The translations under genes were made by a program, and so were the position numbers. DNA of 64,000 nt. Origin: Felis catus (lineage: Eukaryota). Positions 60,087-64,000 of the stretch are shown piece after piece (positions within the stretch are counted from its first letter, which is position 1; every line of letters starts with the position of its first letter). The DNA lies in NCBI RefSeq assembly GCF_018350175.1, contig NC_058368.1:178562001-178626000 (forward strand), given 5' to 3'. A model generated the notes under the pieces. It was not told the DNA's origin and searched no databases. It saw only the letters and a list, made by a program, of their open reading frames with translations.

Positions 60087-60299
60087 TTTTTAAAATTTTT
60101 TTTTAATGTTTATTTATTTTTGAGAGACAGAGTGCGAGCCAGGGAGGGGCAGAGAGAGAGGGAGACACAGAATCTGAATCAGGCTCCAGGCTCTGAGCTG
60201 TCAGCACAGAGCCTGACTTGGGGCTTGAACCCACAAACTGTGAGATCATGACCTGAGCCAAGGTCGGATGCTTAAACAACTGAGCCACCCAGGCACCCC
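60087..60299 (-). mobile_element. Can-SINE in LCP2 intron 2 (antisense)
   Basis: T tail then reverse body ending gagccacccaggcacccc. Confidence 0.93.
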
Positions 60300-61171
60300 A
60301 ATACTGTATGAGTTTTTAACAATGTTATTTCTTCATACTGAGCTTTGAGCCATGGAATACCTGGGGTTCTGTTGTCACTTTTGCACATTAGTACTATATG
60401 TAAGTATTTTCTTCTGGTGCCTTCAGCACTGAGAACTGAGATTGAGACTTATTAGTGTGAGTGGAAGGGAGGAACACATCTTTGAGGATGGTCCTGCTTA
60501 CAGCCCTGATGCTCTGGGTCACCTTGAGCAAGCACTTGACTTTTCTGAGCCTCTCTCCTCTCGAGCATGAGCATGAGCACGTTGGACTGGGTAACAGTGG
60601 GTGACAGTCCCTTCCAGCCCCTGCAACACTCCCTGTGTTAACTGCTGGCCTACTAGGACAGGGTTGTTTCCGTGGCTGAGAGAGAGTGTCTGAGCAGTTC
60701 TGTCTCCTCTGCTTTCATATCCAGGACCTGTCAGTCCCTGGAGACTGCTGTTCTGTTTGTTGTGGGAGCAGGAGGAAGTGGAAAGAAGGGGCCTAGGAAT
60801 CAGCAGAGCAAGGAGCAGAAGCTGGTTCCTGGTCCCATAACTGGGGTATTTAGAGACAGCTTCTGCTGATACCCACCCTCTACCCCAGGTGCTCTGGGTA
60901 CAGTGTGAGATCTGATCAGAGTCCTAATTTCTCATATATCACTCCTGGTTTTATAATATCCAAGACCATTCTGCTACTGAAGGCAAAAGTGGAAGGCCAT
61001 AGTCTCTCTGTCTCTCTGTCTCTCTCTTCCCTGTTGGAGCTAGTAGGTCCCTTGAATCTGTTTTGCTGCCATTTTGGTTTCCCAGTGAGAAGAGTAGGAC
61101 CTTGTCTGGTGGGGAAAGGGGTGCCATGTTTTCAGAAGGTAGAGGAAGAGGATGAAATGTGTTAGGAACCC

Positions 61172-61690
61172 ATGTCAGTTGGGAAGGCGGTGGCTGCCTG
61201 TAACAGAAACGTGACCACAGTGGCTTAACCAAACAGGGCTTTATCTTTCTCAAGTGATAAAGAATCTAGAGTAGGCTCTCGGGGCCGGTGAGTTGCTGAA
61301 AGAAGTCACCCAGAACACAGGCCCCTTCTAGTCATGGAAAAAGCTTGTGGCTTCTGTCCTACTGGTTGTAAGTTGGCTATGCCACCTCTAGACCTGACAT
61401 CCACACTCCAGGCAGGATGGAGTGGGGGAGGGCAAAGAGTAGAAGGCACAGAAGTGTGTGGGGAACGCCTCCCCTTGCTTTCAGGAAACTAGTAACTTTT
61501 CTGGAAGTTCCACCCCCTAGACTTCGGGTTATATCTCACGGGCCACAACTGAGTCCTGTGACTTCCGCCACCTCCAAAGAAGTGTAGGATGTTAAATATT
61601 GTGGACTTGGCACATTTACTGCCCCTAACAAAATCCAGGTCCAGTCAGTAAGGGAGCAAGAGAGAGGGGATACTGGGCAGGCAGGCAGGA
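61172..61690. mobile_element. Old MaLR LTR (MLT1J/K/L-like) in LCP2 intron 2
   Basis: ggctgcctgtaacagaaacgtgaccacagtggcttaaccaaacaggg and gcccctaacaaaatccagg...agtaagg termini typical of old MLT1. Confidence 0.6.
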
Positions 61691-62149
61691 GTGTCCACAT
61701 GTCGCCTCCCCAGGCAGGGGCCATGGTGAGGACACACTCACCGCATAATCACACTCCTGCAAGACCATAAGTGATCATACAGGTAACCCAGAGTTGCTGG
61801 AAGCTTCAGAAGGAGGTAGAGGAGGGGTTACATCACGCAGCAGAACTCTCTGAAAATCCTGTTTAAATATCTCTCATCTTTCCACCCAGTTTCTGTCCTT
61901 GTTCTAAAGGCCTTTCTCTTTCCTGATATCCTGTTCCTCTGTGTCTCCAGCCATGCTCACATCCACCTTCTCCTTCACATTCTTCCTCAGATCCCCTCAG
62001 CTTACATCCTCACGTTGGCCAGTCAGTGGTCAGCCCCCAGCTCTCTGGTGGCCCCCAGGAAGTCCTGCATTCTGCATACCACTCTGAACATGTGTCTTAG
62101 TACATCCCTGAGAGGGAGGAGAAGCCAATGCATGGGGGATGTTAAAATT

Positions 62150-62357
62150 TAAATTAAAAAAAATTAACATTCATTCATTTTTGAGAGACAGAGCACAGGG
62201 GAGGGAGGGGCAGAGAGAGAGGTAGACACAGAATCCGAAGCAGGCTCCGGGCTCTGAGCTGTCAGCACAGAGCCCAATGCGGGGCTCAAACCCACACACC
62301 GCGACGTCATGACCTGAGCCAAAGTCGAGGCTTAACCAACTGAGCCACCCAGGCGCC
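62150..62357 (-). mobile_element. Can-SINE in LCP2 intron 2 (antisense)
   Basis: Reverse body; TSD gggatgttaaaatt at 62136-62149 and 62361-62374. Confidence 0.92.
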
Positions 62358-62420
62358 TATGGGATGTTAAAATTAAAAAAGAGAGAGAAGTTAAGAAGCT
62401 TGACCAAAAGCCTGATTGTC

Positions 62421-62973
62421 AAGCTGGTGCAACCACTCTGGAAAGCAGTATGGAATTTCCTCAAAAAGATGTTTATAGTAGCATTATCAACAATAGCCAA
62501 ACTATGGAAAGAGCCCAAATGTCCACTGAGTGATGAATCGATAAAGAATTTGTGGTATATATATGCAATGGAATATTAGCCATGAGAAGGAATGAAATAT
62601 TGCCCTTTACAACTATGTGGATGAGAGCTAGAGTGTATTATGCTAAGCAAAGTAAGTCAGAGAAAGACAAATATCATGATTTCACTCATATGTGGAATTT
62701 AAGAAACAAAACAGATGAACATAGGGGAAAGGACCAAAGAAAGAGGGAAGCAAACCATAAGAGGCTTTTAATGGTAGAGAACAAACTGAGGGTTGATGGA
62801 GGGAGGCAGGTGGGGGATGGGCTAACTAGGTGATGGGTATTAAGGAGCGCACTTGTCCTGTTGAGCACCAGGTGTTGTATGTAAGGGATGAATCACTAAA
62901 TTCTACTTCTGAAAACATTATTACACTGTATGTTAACTAACTAGAATTTAAATAAAAACTTGCAAAGAAAAAA
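62421..62973 (+). mobile_element. 5'-truncated carnivore L1 (end of ORF2 plus 3' UTR) in LCP2 intron 2
   Basis: ORF2 C-terminal motifs (LVQPLWKAVW, IAKLWKEPKCP, LWYIYAMEY), carnivore 3' UTR, AATAAA 62951-62956, A tail; perfect 15-bp TSD aaaagcctgattgtc at 62406-62420 and 62974-62988. Confidence 0.93.
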
Positions 62974-63289
62974 AAAAGCCTGATTGTCTCAGGACTCTGG
63001 GCAAACTCCGGCCCCAACCCTGCTGCCAGGTCTACTGAGGGGCCTGGGTCCAAGAGCTGGAGCAGATGAGCCCAATAAACACATTGCTAAATGCCCCAGG
63101 CCCTGTGCCACTGGGCTCAAAGGGGAGCGTGCCCAATGCTTACCCATAGGCGGCAAACAACCTGCCAGGCTCCCAGCCCAGAGCAGAAGAAGCAAAAACC
63201 TCCAAGAGCCAGCCAGACCCCAGCTAATTATTATTTATTTTCACACAAATTATTCACATTGGGTTTATTATTCATATAGGGCGTGTCAA

Positions 63290-63482
63290 GCAGTGAGCCA
63301 AGCACCTGACACGCATCATCTCATTCAGTGCTCACCACCCCTGAAAGGTGGCTCTTATTAGTATAATGATTCCTATTTTACAGAGAAGGAAACTGAGGCT
63401 CAGTGAGCCTAAGTGTGTGCCCCAAATCAGACGGCTGTTAAGTGGATGAACCAAGATGCAAATCCAGCCTGACTCAGAGCCT
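63290..63482 (-). mobile_element. MIR
   Basis: cctattttacagagaaggaaactgaggctcagtgag core in reverse. Confidence 0.75.
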
Positions 63483-64000
63483 CCACCGTAACCACCCGGT
63501 TCTCTAGCCTCAGAATGCCAGTGGATGCCCTTCTCTGTCTCAGCATTCATCCCATGGAAAGTGTGCTCACCTCTTTTCTGTTTCCAGTATCGGCACCCTG
63601 CCTCTCCTCCTCCCTCCAGGGCACCTTCTTCTCTTACCCTTCCCCCCCTCCTCCCCTCCAGCATGGGCCAGCGGGTCCCTTAAAGGGATCAGATGTGGGA
63701 AGAGAGAAATTTGCAGGGAGAAAATCGATCACAGATATCACAGGGCAAGGTTCCAGTCTCAGCTCCATCACCCACAAGCTAAAATTCCCTCAACATCCCA
63801 GGGCCTCGGCTTTCTCACCTATAAAATGGGGACGCTGGTACTTCCTAAATCACAGGACTGATGTGAAGATTAGTCGAGGTGCTAGCAAGGCAGAGGCCCA
63901 GAGTCAGTTCTTCACAAATATGAGTTCCTTTCTCCTTTCCCTTCTCTGTTCCCTCAGGAAAGCCTCTTTATTGAATCCTACCGCTAACCCTGATGAGAGA

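Noticed and set aside
8259..60288. Recurring ORFs like MAQSVKRLTSAQVMISR...LEPASDSVSPSL and ...RGRERGRHRI... that look like a gene family
   Set aside because: All are readings of Can-SINE copies, not proteins.
58654..64000. LCP2 exon 3
   Set aside because: No segment continuing the SAM domain was found; the acceptor-like ccctcag near 63958 is not followed by SLP-76 sequence, so the exon probably lies past the window.
1..64000. tRNA genes, CRISPR arrays or prokaryote-style systems
   Set aside because: tRNA-like A/B boxes occur only as SINE heads; no regularly spaced repeat-spacer array or operon structure exists.

Overview
Mammalian genomic DNA from a felid (probably domestic cat), judged from about 22 tRNA-derived Can-SINEs of the SINEC_Fc type. 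It is not prokaryotic, and no CRISPR array, rRNA or true tRNA gene is visible. Two genes face away from each other. On the minus strand is the distal alternative first coding exon of KCNIP1 (6363-6450, MSGCSKRCKLGFVKFAQTIFKLITGTLSK, perfect Kozak, GT donor), which is too short to appear in the ORF track. On the plus strand are LCP2/SLP-76 coding exons 1 (53953-54030) and 2 (58591-58653); exon 3 was not found and probably lies beyond the window. The 47.5 kb between the two start codons and the introns are filled with Can-SINEs (many with clear target-site duplications), L1, L2, MIR, MaLR LTRs, hAT MITEs and microsatellites. I found no convincing new biological system. The best second-look items are a uORF in each leader (the KCNIP1 one stops on top of the start codon), immune-type motif clusters upstream of LCP2 (PU.1/IRF composite, RUNX, NF-kB, ISRE), an orphan exon-like segment, a twin-primed L1 inversion, and repeated SINE insertions into the same target. 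Gene and repeat family names come from recognition, not database searches; boundaries of old repeats are approximate.
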